A DNA stretch of 64,000 nucleotides, from NCBI GenBank assembly GCA_963827275.1, contig CAWHAA010000007.1, forward strand, positions 160,001 to 224,000. The letters are read 5' to 3'. Numbering within the stretch: position 1 is the first letter of the stretch; every line of letters begins with the position of its first letter. Shown here one piece after another: positions 19,346 to 30,490 of this stretch. The stretch comes from an uncultured Spirochaetota bacterium. GTDB taxonomy: Bacteria > Spirochaetota > UBA4802 > UBA5550. Under the pieces are notes generated by a model, which was not told where the DNA came from, made no database searches, and was given only the letters and a program-made list of their open reading frames with translations. A program made the position numbers and the translations under genes.

Positions 19346-20312
19346 GTGGGGTACATGCACATGCCGGTAATGCCCGGTGAACTGCTCCGGTTTGTGGAGG
19401 ATTCTGAATATCGGGGAGCGGGGATGCTGGTCGACTGCACTGTCGGGGAAGGGGGGCATTCCGAACTTTTTCTCGAAACGTTTGCGAACATCCGGATCAC
19501 GCTTTTGACAGGGACAGCGAGGTCCTGGAAATAGCACGGGAGAGGCTCAGGCGCTATGCAGGCAGAATTGATTTCATTAACGATAATTTTTCTCATATTT
19601 CTCAGCATCTGGGACAGGTGAAGGGCGCGGTGAACTATTTTCTTTATGACTTCGGCATCTCCTCGTATCATTTCGATGCGAGCGGCCGCGGCTTCAGCTT
19701 CGCGCGGGACGAGCGGCTTGACATGCGGCTCGACCACGAGGGAGACAGCGCGGAGGACATCGTGAACGCGGCGGACGAGAAGCTGCTGGCAGATATCATT
19801 TTCCGCTACGGTGAAGAGCGGTGGTCGCGTAAAATCGCTTCCGCCATCGTGCGCGCCCGGAACGCGAAGCCGGTGGCAGACCACCGGCGAGCTCGCGGAC
19901 ATCGTGCTCGGGGCCATCCCGAAGCGCTTCCATGTCAGGAACATACATCCGGCGACCAGGGTGTTCCAGGCGCTGCGGATCGCCGTGAACGACGAGCTCG
20001 GCGCGATTGAAAAAAGCCTCGACGACGCGCACGCGCTCCTGGCGCCGGGCGGCAGGATCATGGCAATCTCCTTTCATTCGCTGGAGGACAGGATCGTTAA
20101 GGAAAAATTCAGGCGCCTCGGCAGGGGCTGCCTCTGCAGGGAAGAACCCCGGAATTGCCGGTGCGCGGAACAGGCCGTTTGTAAATCTATTGACGAAAAA
20201 GCCGCTGCGACCTGATGTGGAAGAGACCGGGCGCAACAGCAGGGCGCGGAGCGCGCGGCTGCGTGTCTGTGAAAAAGTGATGGAGGGACGGCCATCAGAT
20301 ACATTGTCGTGA
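19346..20312 (+). CDS. rsmH: 16S rRNA m4C1402 methyltransferase (several indels; 3' end uncertain)
   Basis: [63 protein letters not shown] across frames. Confidence 0.92.
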
Positions 20313-20563
20313 TATTGACCATGAACCTGTTCGTCCTGCTCTTCGTGTGGCAGAACATACAGATGGTCCAGATAGAAATGGAGTACCGGTCGCTCTCCGC
20401 CGTCGAGGAACGCCTTGTCGGGGAGAATGACCGCCTCCTGTACGAGATAGAGCGGTACCGGCGGATGGACGCCGTGGCCGAGTACGCCCGGAAGAACGGC
20501 TTGCGCCGGATGCTCCCGGGCGATTTTGCGATCATGGCGGTGAAGGGGCGCGATGTTCAATAA
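20309..20563 (+). CDS. ftsL: FtsL-like cell division protein (start uncertain)
   Basis: TM segment, coiled coil and VAEYARKNGL motif; located between rsmH and murE. Confidence 0.6.
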   Translation: MILTMNLFVLLFVWQNIQMVQIEMEYRSLSAVEERLVGENDRLLYEIERYRRMDAVAEYARKNGLRRMLPGDFAIMAVKGRDVQ

Positions 20564-22079
20564 TTCCTCGCAGATCAGGGCCTCGCTGAAGGACCTTGCC
20601 GCGGGCTCGGGCGGAGCGGTCGAGCTCGCCGGCGCGGGCGACGTGGCGGTGACCTCCGTGGAATACGATTCGCGGATGGTGAAAAAGGGCAGTCTGTTCG
20701 TCGCGGTTGAGGGTTTCAAGAGCGACGGCCACCGCTACGTGCGGGCGGCGGTCGACAGCGGCGCCGCCGCGGTCTGCGTTTCCCGGGAACGGGCCGGGGA
20801 GCTGGCCGACCTGGCCGGGCGCGGTATCGGCATACTGGCCGCCGCGGACACCAGGACCGCGCTCTCCAGCCTGTCGGCCGCTTTTTTCGGGTTTCCCTCG
20901 CGGTCCATGCTCGCCATCGGCATCACCGGCACCAACGGCAAGACCTCGATCACCTACATGCTCGAAGCGATCATGAAGCGGCACGGCCGCAACCCCGGGG
21001 TCATCGGCACCATCAACTACCGCTGGGGCGGCAGGGAGTATCCCGCTCCCAACACTACTCCCGAATCGAAAGATCTACAGGAGATCCTCTACCGGATGCG
21101 GCATGACGGCGTGGACGCCGTCATCATGGAGGTGTCTTCCCACGCCCTGGAGCTCCGGCGGGCCGACGATATCGATTTCGACGCCGTCGTGTTCACCAAC
21201 CTGACCAGGGACCACCTTGATTTTCATCATGATTTCGAAAGTTATTTCAACGCCAAGAAGCGGATATTCGGCCTTCTCGAGAAGAGCTTCAAGAAAGGGC
21301 GGTGCGGCGTCGTCAACGTTGACGACCCGTACGGCCGCGAGCTCTTCATGATGCGGAACAACTACTCGTACCCGATAGCGAGCTTCGGCATCGAAACCGA
21401 AGCGGACTACATGCCGGAACCGGGCGCGATCAGCAACACCATGCGCGGCCTGAGCTACCGGCTCGCGCGGCCCGACGCCGGCATCGCGGTGGACCTGAAC
21501 CTGCTGGGCATGTTCCAGCTCTACAATTCGCTGGCGGCGCTCGCGGTGTCGCACCGCATGGGCGTTCCGTACGGAGAGATAACGGCCGGGCTGGCCGATC
21601 TGGCGACCGTCCCCGGCAGGTTCGACGTGCTCAAGGACGAGCGGGACTTCGTGGTGATCGTGGATTATGCCCACACGGTGGACGCGCTCGAGAAGCTCCT
21701 CAAGTCGGTCAACGAGCTTGAGCACAGGCGGGTGATCACCGTGTTCGGGTGCGGCGGCGACCGCGACAGGACCAAGCGCCCCCTGATGGGGAGCGTCGCG
21801 GAGGAGAACTCCGACATGATCATCGTCACGAGCGACAATCCCCGCACCGAGGACCCGTCACGCATCATACGCGAGATCGCGGCCGGGCTGACCAGGGGCA
21901 ACCATGAAATCGTACCCGACCGGGAAGAGGCGATCGCACGCGCGATGGGGATGGCCCGTGAGGGCGATATCGTCGTCATAGCGGGCAAGGGGCACGAGGA
22001 TTACCAGATCATCGGCACGGAAAAGATACATTTTGACGACAAGGAAGTGGCGGCGCGCAGCATGCAGGTGAGGATGTGA
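20553..22079 (+). CDS. murE: UDP-MurNAc-tripeptide synthetase
   Basis: GITGTNGKTS, MEVSSH, TNLTRDHLD, DYAHT, SDNPR, AGKGHE. Confidence 0.96.
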   Translation: MFNNSSQIRASLKDLAAGSGGAVELAGAGDVAVTSVEYDSRMVKKGSLFVAVEGFKSDGHRYVRAAVDSGAAAVCVSRERAGELADLAGRGIGILAAADTRTALSSLSAAFFGFPSRSMLAIGITGTNGKTSITYMLEAIMKRHGRNPGVIGTINYRWGGREYPAPNTTPESKDLQEILYRMRHDGVDAVIMEVSSHALELRRADDIDFDAVVFTNLTRDHLDFHHDFESYFNAKKRIFGLLEKSFKKGRCGVVNVDDPYGRELFMMRNNYSYPIASFGIETEADYMPEPGAISNTMRGLSYRLARPDAGIAVDLNLLGMFQLYNSLAALAVSHRMGVPYGEITAGLADLATVPGRFDVLKDERDFVVIVDYAHTVDALEKLLKSVNELEHRRVITVFGCGGDRDRTKRPLMGSVAEENSDMIIVTSDNPRTEDPSRIIREIAAGLTRGNHEIVPDREEAIARAMGMAREGDIVVIAGKGHEDYQIIGTEKIHFDDKEVAARSMQVRM

Positions 22080-23473
22080 TAGTGGCATACGCGACATCGG
22101 TGGGCAGGGTGGCGGCCGCGTGCGGCGGCAGGATCACCGCCGGCGACCCGGACGCGGTCATCGGGACCGTTACCACGGACTCGCGCGAGCCGGGCGTGAA
22201 CGGCCTCTTCATCCCCCTGGTCGGCGAGCGGTACGACGGCCATGACTTTATCGCGGGCCTTGCGGAACGCAGCAGCATCCGCTCGTTCCTCTCCATGCGG
22301 GACGGGTATACCGACATCGCCGTGCGGCACGGCGTTTCGGAGATACGGTGCGACGACACGCTGAAGGCCCTGGGCGCGATTGCCGCGCGCCACCGCGACG
22401 CGGTCGACCCGATAGTTATCGGTATCACCGGGACCAACGGAAAGACCACGACCAAGGAGCTGGCCTACGCCGCCCTGTCGTCCCGCTGGAGCTGCCTGAG
22501 GAACATAAAGAACTATAACAACGAGATCGGCGTCCCCTTCACCCTGCTGGGCCTGGCGCCGTCCCACAAGTACGCGGTCATCGAAATGGGCATGAACCAT
22601 GCGGGCGAGCTGGACCGCCTGTCCCGCATCGCGCGGCCGGACCTGGCCCTGATCACCAACGCGGGCGAGGGGCACCTCGAGTTCCTGGGCTCGGTCGAAA
22701 ACGTGGCCCGGGCCAAATCGGAGATCATGAACGGCATGAAGCCGGGCGCAAAGCTCCTGGTGAACCGCGACATGCAGTGCCTCGACATCATCATGGAAAA
22801 GGCGCGCGAGCGCGACCTCGTTGTCGCGACCTTCGGCCTGTCCGACGGCGCCGACCTGCACCCGGATGCCTACCGGCTCTACCGCGAGAGCGTCGCGGTG
22901 ACCTTCCGCGGCACCGAAATCACCGTGCCCCTCTACGGCATTCACAACGTCTATAACGTCATGGCGGCGATCGCGGTCGCCGCTGAATTCGGGATGGGGC
23001 CCGAGGCGATACGGGACGCGCTCGCGGGGTTCGTCAACGTGGACGGCCGCAGCCAGGTCATCGACCGCGGGTTCATCGTGATAAACGACAGCTATAATTC
23101 CAACCCGCTCTCGCTGGCGTACGCGCTCCGCTCGACCGGCGAGGTGTACCCCGACCGGCGGAAGATCGCCGTGCTTTCCGACATGAAGGAGCTCGGTGAG
23201 GCCGCCCCGCGGTGCCATGCCGCCGGCGGCAAGGCCGTGGCGGAAAATAAATTTGACATGCTCCTCCTCTGGGGGGATATGTCCGGATATTACGCCGACG
23301 GCGCGGCGCGCGCCGGCCTTGACCGGGACCGCATCAGGAAATTCGACGCCAAGGACGAGCTCTCGCGCTACCTGAATACGATCGTTGACGACAATGACGT
23401 GATTTTAATAAAGGGATCGCGGTCGATGAAGATGGAAGACATCGTGACCGCACTGATCGGAAGAGAGGGATAA
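22076..23473 (+). CDS. murF: D-Ala-D-Ala adding enzyme
   Basis: GTNGKTTTKE, NNEIGVP, EMGMNHAGE, NDSYNSNP, KGSR. Confidence 0.96.
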   Translation: MIVAYATSVGRVAAACGGRITAGDPDAVIGTVTTDSREPGVNGLFIPLVGERYDGHDFIAGLAERSSIRSFLSMRDGYTDIAVRHGVSEIRCDDTLKALGAIAARHRDAVDPIVIGITGTNGKTTTKELAYAALSSRWSCLRNIKNYNNEIGVPFTLLGLAPSHKYAVIEMGMNHAGELDRLSRIARPDLALITNAGEGHLEFLGSVENVARAKSEIMNGMKPGAKLLVNRDMQCLDIIMEKARERDLVVATFGLSDGADLHPDAYRLYRESVAVTFRGTEITVPLYGIHNVYNVMAAIAVAAEFGMGPEAIRDALAGFVNVDGRSQVIDRGFIVINDSYNSNPLSLAYALRSTGEVYPDRRKIAVLSDMKELGEAAPRCHAAGGKAVAENKFDMLLLWGDMSGYYADGAARAGLDRDRIRKFDAKDELSRYLNTIVDDNDVILIKGSRSMKMEDIVTALIGREG

Positions 23474-23474
23474 G

Positions 23475-24560
23475 ATGTTTTATCATTTCATACTGCCGTT
23501 GAGCGAGCACCTCGGGTTCCTGAGGCTCTTCCAGTACATCACGTTCCGGTCCGCGTACGCCGCCCTCACGTCGCTCCTCCTGGTCCTCGTCTTCGGCAAC
23601 CTGGTGATACGCTGGCTGCGCGCCCTCAAGTTCGGCGAGGAGATCCGGGCGCTCGGGCCCGAGAGCCACCGGCAGAAGGCGGGCACCCCCACCATGGGCG
23701 GCATCATCATCATCGGGGCCGTGCTCGTGTCGATCGCGCTCTGGGGCAATTTCTCAAACCCCTACCTGGGCATCCTCATCGGCGCCACCGTCCTGCTGGC
23801 GGGGCTCGGGTTCGCCGATGATTACATCAAATCAATTTTAAAGAACAAAAACGGCGTGCCGGCGCGGGTGAAGCTCCTTGTCCAGGTTATCGTCGCCCTC
23901 GCCGTCGCCCTGCTGATCTATTACCTCCCGTCAAACAGCCGGGAGGTTACGAACCTGTACGTGCCCTTCATCAACAGGAGCGTGGCCGACATGGGGCTCC
24001 TCTGGATCGTGTTCGCCGTGGTGGTGATCGTGGCCACCACCAACGCCGTGAACCTGACCGACGGCCTGGACGGCCTTGCGATCGGATCGGTACTGATCGT
24101 TGGCGTGACACTGGGGATCATGGCCTACCTGGCGGGACACAGCAAGATCGCACTGTACCTCAGGATACCGTATATTCCCCAGGCGGGCGAGCTCACGGTG
24201 TTCCTCGCGGCCCTCATCGGGGCCGGTATGGGGTTCCTCTGGTTCAACAGCAACCCGGCAACGGTGTTCATGGGCGATACGGGGTCGCTCGCCCTCGGCG
24301 GCATCATCGGCATCATCGCGGTCATGATCAAGAAGGAGATATTTCTCTTCATCGTCGGCGGCGTGTTCGTGGCGGAGGCGCTGTCGGTGATCATACAGGT
24401 CGCGTCGTTCAGGCTCAGGGGCAAGCGCGTGTTCAAGATGGCGCCGATCCACCACCACTTCGAGCTTTCCGGGTGGCCGGAGCAGAAGGTGGTGGCGCGG
24501 ATGTGGATCCTCGGGATCATACTGGCGCTGCTGGGATTGAGTTCGCTGAAGATACTGTAG
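23475..24560 (+). CDS. mraY: Phospho-MurNAc-pentapeptide transferase
   Basis: KAGTPTMGG, NAVNLTDGLDGLA, FMGDTGS, APIHHHFE. Confidence 0.97.
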   Translation: MFYHFILPLSEHLGFLRLFQYITFRSAYAALTSLLLVLVFGNLVIRWLRALKFGEEIRALGPESHRQKAGTPTMGGIIIIGAVLVSIALWGNFSNPYLGILIGATVLLAGLGFADDYIKSILKNKNGVPARVKLLVQVIVALAVALLIYYLPSNSREVTNLYVPFINRSVADMGLLWIVFAVVVIVATTNAVNLTDGLDGLAIGSVLIVGVTLGIMAYLAGHSKIALYLRIPYIPQAGELTVFLAALIGAGMGFLWFNSNPATVFMGDTGSLALGGIIGIIAVMIKKEIFLFIVGGVFVAEALSVIIQVASFRLRGKRVFKMAPIHHHFELSGWPEQKVVARMWILGIILALLGLSSLKIL

Positions 24561-24621
24561 GCCCCCTCGGGGGGCTTCCCGGCAAGAGCGAGAGTTATAA
24601 AGAAGATATAATAAGATAAGA

Positions 24622-26004
24622 ATGAAAGGAAACATAACCATACAAAAAGCCCTCGTGGTCGGAATGGGATACCGGACCGGGCTGGCGGTCGCCAACTTCC
24701 TGGCAGGAAAGGGCGTGTCCGTGGTGGCCTCCGACAGCAAGGGCGCCGCTGAGCTTGCCGAGGTGCTGCGGCAGCTTGATCCGTCCGTACGCATGGTTGC
24801 GGGGGAGCAGAAGCCCGCACTCCTCGACGAGGGGTTTGACGCCGTTGTCCTCTCCCCGGGCGTTCCGAAGACAATTCCGCTGATCGCGGAAGCCTATAAA
24901 AGAACTATACCGGTCATTGCCGAGGTGGAGCTTGCCTACCGCAGCCTCCCGGGCCGCATCGTGGCCATTACCGGCACCGACGGCAAGTCCACCACCACGG
25001 CCCTCACCGGCCATGTATTCAATTTGCTGGGCATGGACACGTACGTCGGCGGCAACATCGGCATACCGCTTATCTCCTTCGCCGGCGCGACCACGGAGCG
25101 GTCGGTGATCGTGGCGGAGCTCTCGTCGTTCCAGCTCGAGACGATCGTCGATTTCAGGCCGGACGTGGCGTCCCTCCTGAACGTGAGCCCCGACCACCTG
25201 GACCGCTACGACGGGATGGAAGATTATTTCAGGGCGAAGATGCGGATCGCCATGAACCAGGGCGCCGATGATTGCTTCATCTATAACCGGGACGATGTCA
25301 TGGCCGAACGGGGCGCCGGCATGGTGAAGTCCAGGGCCCGCTCCTTTTCCGTGGAGCGCGAGGACGCGGACATCTACCTGCGCGACGGCGTTGTGTATCT
25401 CCGTGAGGGCGGACGGCCGGTGTTCCGGGCGGCGGACATGACCATGCCCGGCCTGCACAATGTCCAGAACGCGATGGTGGCGTTCCTCTCCGTGCTCGGC
25501 ATACTCGAAAAGGCGGGGAGCGCGCCCGCGTACGACCGGATCGCCGCGGCGGTATGCTCCTTCCCGGGCCTCGAGCACCGGCTCGAGCGGGTGGGCGAGT
25601 TCAGGGGCCGCTCGTTCATCAATGATTCGAAGGCGACCACGGTCAATGCGGTGCTCACGGCGCTGCGGAGCCTCCCCGGGCAGGGCGTCCTGATCCTCGG
25701 CGGGAGGACAAAAGGCGACGACTACGCCCGTCTCAGGACGGGCCTTGAGGGCAGGGTCCGGTCGCTGGTGCTGATCGGCGAGTCGAAGGAATATTTCGCC
25801 CGGGTGCTCACCGGGTTCCGCCACGTGTATGCGGAGACGATGGATGACGCTGTCGCGCAGGCGATGCGGGAAAGCAGGGAGGGCGATACGGTCCTCCTCT
25901 CGCCGGCGTGCGCGTCCTTTGATATGTACAGAAATTACGAGGAGCGGGGGAACGAGTTCAAGCGCTCGTTCAACCGGCTCCGTGACGGGGGGGCGGCGCA
26001 ATGA
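24622..26004 (+). CDS. murD: UDP-MurNAc-L-Ala-D-Glu ligase
   Basis: TGTDGKSTT, ELSSFQLE, DHLDRY, NDSKATT, SPACASFD. Confidence 0.96.
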   Translation: MKGNITIQKALVVGMGYRTGLAVANFLAGKGVSVVASDSKGAAELAEVLRQLDPSVRMVAGEQKPALLDEGFDAVVLSPGVPKTIPLIAEAYKRTIPVIAEVELAYRSLPGRIVAITGTDGKSTTTALTGHVFNLLGMDTYVGGNIGIPLISFAGATTERSVIVAELSSFQLETIVDFRPDVASLLNVSPDHLDRYDGMEDYFRAKMRIAMNQGADDCFIYNRDDVMAERGAGMVKSRARSFSVEREDADIYLRDGVVYLREGGRPVFRAADMTMPGLHNVQNAMVAFLSVLGILEKAGSAPAYDRIAAAVCSFPGLEHRLERVGEFRGRSFINDSKATTVNAVLTALRSLPGQGVLILGGRTKGDDYARLRTGLEGRVRSLVLIGESKEYFARVLTGFRHVYAETMDDAVAQAMRESREGDTVLLSPACASFDMYRNYEERGNEFKRSFNRLRDGGAAQ

Positions 26005-27167
26005 GGGACGGCTCGGTGGACCTCAAGTCCTTCGTGGACACGCGGCGGCCGGGGGACCCTGACATGGTCCTCTTCGCGGTGATACTCGTCCTCACCGGCG
26101 CAGGCATCGTCATGAGCTACAGCGCCAGCGCGGTGTACGCGCTCAAGAATTTCGGCGACTCCTACTTTTTCCTGAAAAAGCAGCTCCTCTGGTTCGCAGT
26201 GGGCTTCGCGTTCATGTTCGTATTCAAGGAGATTGATTACCGCATCTATCAAAGGTACACCAAGCTGATGCTCCTCGTTTCCCTGGTGCTGCTGGTCATG
26301 GTGTTCCTGCCGGGGATGGGACACAGCGCGAAGGGCTCGGCGCGGTGGCTGGGCGTGGGCCCGGTCTCCTTCCAGCCCTCGGAGTTCGTGAAGCTTTTCG
26401 TGGTCATCTACCTGGCGAAGGTGTTTTCCGCTGATGCGAAGGAGCATTTCATCCGCTTCCTCGTGCCGGTGGGGGTCGTGGCGGTGATCTTCCTGATGGT
26501 CATGCTCCAGCCGGATTTCGGCACCGCGATCGATATCCTGGTGGTGTCGGTGCTCATGCTGTTCGTGTCCGGGTTTCCCTTTACCTACATCGTTATGCTC
26601 TTTATACTCAGCATCCCCATGTTTTACATGATGATATACCTGGTGGACTACCGGAAGGACAGGATGATCGCGTACCTGAACCCCTGGGCCTACCGCTACG
26701 GCATCGGCTACCATATCATCCAGTCATTCATAGCGTTCAAGAAGGGGGGCTTTCTCGGCGTGGGTCTCGGCAACGGGACCCAGAAGCTTTCCCGGCTCCC
26801 GGAGCCCCACACCGACTTCATATTCGCCGTCATAGCGGAAGAGGCGGGTCTCCTGGGGACGATGGGCATCGTGCTCCTCTACGCGGCGGTGCTCTGGCGG
26901 GGGATCGCCATAGCGGCGGGGTCGCAGGATGATTTCGGCAGGCTGCTCGCGGTGGGGCTTTCGCTCATGATCGTGGCGCAGGCGTTCTTCAACCTGGGGG
27001 TGGTCACAGGGGCGCTGCCGACCAAGGGTATCCCGCTCCCGTTCATCAGCTACGGCGGGTCGTCGCTCCTGGCGAACATGATAGCGGCCGGTATACTATT
27101 GAACATATCGCGGCACCGGGACGCGGCGCGGCAGGAAACGCAATTATTTAAAGAGGTATGGCAGTGA
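26001..27167 (+). CDS. ftsW: SEDS peptidoglycan polymerase FtsW
   Basis: YSAS, QPSEFVK, QPDFGT, LPEPHTDFIF, PFISYGGSS. Confidence 0.95.
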   Translation: MRDGSVDLKSFVDTRRPGDPDMVLFAVILVLTGAGIVMSYSASAVYALKNFGDSYFFLKKQLLWFAVGFAFMFVFKEIDYRIYQRYTKLMLLVSLVLLVMVFLPGMGHSAKGSARWLGVGPVSFQPSEFVKLFVVIYLAKVFSADAKEHFIRFLVPVGVVAVIFLMVMLQPDFGTAIDILVVSVLMLFVSGFPFTYIVMLFILSIPMFYMMIYLVDYRKDRMIAYLNPWAYRYGIGYHIIQSFIAFKKGGFLGVGLGNGTQKLSRLPEPHTDFIFAVIAEEAGLLGTMGIVLLYAAVLWRGIAIAAGSQDDFGRLLAVGLSLMIVAQAFFNLGVVTGALPTKGIPLPFISYGGSSLLANMIAAGILLNISRHRDAARQETQLFKEVWQ

Positions 27168-28300
27168 AGACAGTGAATGATATATCAGTGCTCATCGTCG
27201 CCGGCGGGACCGGCGGCCACATCAGCCCGGGCCTTGCCCTGTACGATGCGTTCCGCGGGGCAGGCGTTCGGACGCTCTTCCTCTCCGGGAAGCGGGACGC
27301 GCGCTTCTCATCGCTCGACGACGTGGCGCCGGAAGACCTTCACCTGTACCGGGCGCCCTCGTTTTCGAAGAGCCCGGTGCGGCTCGCCCTGTTCCCCGCC
27401 TCGTTCGGATCGGCGATGATGTCGGTGCGGAAATTGATCGGTAAAAACAACGTCCGCGCCGTCATCGGGATGGGCGGATACGTGTCGGCCCCGGCGCTGA
27501 TGGCGGCCAGGCTCATGAAGGTCCCCCTGTTCCTGTGCGAGCAGAACTCGGTCCCCGGCAAGGTGACAAAGTTTTTCGAGAAGGACGCGCGGAAGATCTA
27601 CGGTACGTTCCGCGGGGCAACGCACTACCTTAAATCAGGGGAGAAGTACCTCCTGGCGGGCAATCCGATCCGGAAGAAGGTCATGGTGGAATCATTCAAA
27701 GAAGACGCCCGGAAGGTCTTTCATCTCGGTCACAGCAAGCAGGTGATACTGGTGATCGGCGGGAGCCAGGGCGCGGTCAGGATCAACGATCTGATCTTCG
27801 GCATGAAGAAAGACTACCCGGATGACCTGAAGGGCGTCGGGATTATCTGGAGCACGGGCGATTTTTCATACCAGAAATACAAGGACAAGGTGAATAATGA
27901 GATTGACGCGGGGTCGATATACCTGTCGCCCTTTATCGATAAGGTGGGGCTGGCCTACCGGGCGGCCGATATCGCCGTGTCGCGGTCGGGCGCCGGCGTG
28001 ATGATGGAGCTGGCGGCGATGGGAGTGCCGTCGATCCAGATCCCGTATCCCCACGCGGCGGACGATCACCAGGACAAGAACGCGGACGAATTCGTCCAGG
28101 CGGGGGCCGCGGTCAAGATCAGCAATGACGACGCGGTTCCGGCGAAGGTCATGCCGGTGCTGCTTGACCTGCTGAACAATCCCCGGGCCCTCAAGAGGAT
28201 GTCGGACAAGGCGCTGGGTATCGCCATGGTGGACGCCGCGGAAACGATCGTGAATGATATTATGAAGGAGATCGGCGCGGGGAGCCCGCCCCTCCCTTGA
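27158..28300 (+). CDS. murG: Lipid II GlcNAc transferase
   Basis: GGTGGH, GGYVS, EQN, GNPIR, GGSQGA, RSGA. Confidence 0.95.
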   Translation: MAVKTVNDISVLIVAGGTGGHISPGLALYDAFRGAGVRTLFLSGKRDARFSSLDDVAPEDLHLYRAPSFSKSPVRLALFPASFGSAMMSVRKLIGKNNVRAVIGMGGYVSAPALMAARLMKVPLFLCEQNSVPGKVTKFFEKDARKIYGTFRGATHYLKSGEKYLLAGNPIRKKVMVESFKEDARKVFHLGHSKQVILVIGGSQGAVRINDLIFGMKKDYPDDLKGVGIIWSTGDFSYQKYKDKVNNEIDAGSIYLSPFIDKVGLAYRAADIAVSRSGAGVMMELAAMGVPSIQIPYPHAADDHQDKNADEFVQAGAAVKISNDDAVPAKVMPVLLDLLNNPRALKRMSDKALGIAMVDAAETIVNDIMKEIGAGSPPLP

Positions 28301-28373
28301 TGGGAGGGGAAGGGGGAGGGTGATACTATATAAACCACCCCCACCCCGGCCCTCCCCCGTCAAGGGGGAGGGG
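28289..28373. repeat. REP-like pair of inverted palindromes between murG and murC
   Basis: CCCCTCCCTTGATGGGAGGGG and CCCTCCCCCGTCAAGGGGGAGGGG in inverted orientation around a short AT-rich core. Confidence 0.7.
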
Positions 28374-28393
28374 AAACTTGTACAGGAAAGTAT

Positions 28394-29774
28394 ATGTTCA
28401 GAAAGTCAAAGAAAATGCATTTTATCGGGATCGGCGGGATCGGGATGAGCGGCATCGCCGAGATCCTTATCAACCTCGGGTACGAGGTCTCCGGCTCGGA
28501 CCTGATGGAGTCGGAACAGACCAGGAGGCTCGCGTCAATGGGCGCGAAGGTCTTCATCGGGCATTCCCCGTCCAATATCGGCGACTACCACGTGGTGGTC
28601 ACCTCGAGCGCAATCAATCCCGTGTAACCCCGAGCTGATTGAGGCGCGCACGCGCCGCATCCCGGTGATCCACCGTTCGGAGATGCTGGCGGAGCTCGTG
28701 CGCATGAAGCACGGCATCGGCGTCGCCGGCACCCACGGCAAGACCACGATCACCTCCATGCTCTCCTACGTCCTCTTCCACGGCGGCATTAACCCGACCG
28801 CGGTGGTGGGCGGCAAGGTGCTCAATTTCAACACCAATGCGCGGGTCGGCGAGGGAGAATATATCGTGTTCGAGGCGGACGAATCGGACGGCTCCTTCCT
28901 GAAGCTCCTGCCCTGCATCGGCATTGTCTCCAACATCGACGCGGACCACCTCGATTACTACAAGTATTTCCAGGGGCTCAAGGACGCGTTCCTGACCTAT
29001 ATCAACAACATTCCCTTCTACGGCTATTCGGTGCTCTGCATCGACGACGTCACCCTGCGGGAGATACTCCCCGCCGTGGAGCGCCCCTATTACACCTACG
29101 GCACCTCGGAAGACGCGGATTTCAGGGCCGTCGATATCCGGATGGACTCGAGCGGCATGACCAGGTTCGGCTGCCTGTACCGGGGCGAGCGCCAGGGCGA
29201 CTTCGCGATACGGCAGATGGGGGCCCACAACGCGGTCAATGCGCTGTCGGTCATCGCGGTGGCCCAGGAGCTTGGCATTCCGCTCGATGGCATCAGGGAG
29301 GGGCTTGCCGAGTTCAAGGGCGTGGGCCGGCGGCTCGAGTTTATCGGTGAAACGGCGGGCGTGCGGGTGTACGACGATTACGGCCACCATCCCACCGAGG
29401 TCCGCGCCACGCTGGATGCGGTCAGGAGCCTGGGACGGCGGACCGTGGTCGTGTTCCAGCCGCACCGCTACACCAGGACGCAGCTCCTCTGGGACGATTT
29501 CGGCCAGTCCTTCGCGAACGCCGACGTCCTGTACCTGACCGAGATATATCCCGCGGGCGAAGCGCCCATCGAAGGGGTCTCGTCGCGCCTGATCCAGGAA
29601 GCGGTGGTAAAGCATGAAGGCCGGAGCGCCGAAATTATAACAAAGTTCGAGGAAATCCCCGGGGTCATCGCGTCGAAGGTCCGGGAAAATGACGTTGTGA
29701 TCACGCTGGGCGCGGGCGACATCCACAAGGCGGGCCCGCGCATCATAGATGAGATCATGAAGAGGACGCATTAA
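28394..29774 (+). CDS. murC: UDP-MurNAc-L-Ala ligase (indel near 28622)
   Basis: [46 protein letters not shown]. Confidence 0.95.
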
Positions 29775-29778
29775 CAGA

Positions 29779-30474
29779 ATGAAGGCGGTCATGACACATG
29801 CGGCGGTAATCGCAACCTGCCTGGCGGCGGCGGGCGGCATCGCGCTGGCCGGCGACGTGCGGAAGGTGAAGGCCGTCGATTTCAGGGGCCTGAAGCTCCT
29901 GTCGAAGTACGACCTGGTCCGCAACGTGCGTCTGAAGGCCGCGGATGACGGGATCGTGATCGACCTGGAATCGCTCGGCCGCGCCCTGGCGGGGAACCGC
30001 TTTATCAAGTCGTACCGGGTGGAGGAATCCGGCGGTCGGCTGATCGTGTCGGTTGCCGAAAAGAAGCCGGAGCTGGTCATGGCGGTGGAGCGGAAGGACG
30101 GGACCGCGCTGTACGAGCTTGACGCCGCGCATGCGGTCATATCAAAGAACTCCGTGCATACGGACCGCGTGCCGGTCCTGTGCCTCACCGGGGATGACAT
30201 GGCGGCCGATGCCGCGGACGGGCGCGTCAGGGACCTCTTCACGCTGCTCGGCAGGATCAAAAAAAGCCAGCCGTCGGTCTATGGCGAGCTTTCAGAGCTG
30301 CGCCTCGACGGGAAAGAGATACGGGTCACGCTGAAGGGGAGAAAAACCGATTTTATCATGAGGCCCCTTGAGCGGGATTTTATCAAGCTGCGGTATATCG
30401 CCGGCTATTGCGATCGCGCGGGCCGGTATCCGGATGAAATAAACCTGACCGGCGATGCGGTCATTGTCAGGTGA
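29779..30474 (+). CDS. ftsQ: FtsQ/DivIB-like protein (divergent)
   Basis: Located between murC and ftsA. POTRA-like pattern (VDFRGLKLLSKYDL..FIKSYRV..LIVSVAEKKP). Confidence 0.6.
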   Translation: MKAVMTHAAVIATCLAAAGGIALAGDVRKVKAVDFRGLKLLSKYDLVRNVRLKAADDGIVIDLESLGRALAGNRFIKSYRVEESGGRLIVSVAEKKPELVMAVERKDGTALYELDAAHAVISKNSVHTDRVPVLCLTGDDMAADAADGRVRDLFTLLGRIKKSQPSVYGELSELRLDGKEIRVTLKGRKTDFIMRPLERDFIKLRYIAGYCDRAGRYPDEINLTGDAVIVR

Positions 30475-30490
30475 CAACGAGGAGTTAAGT

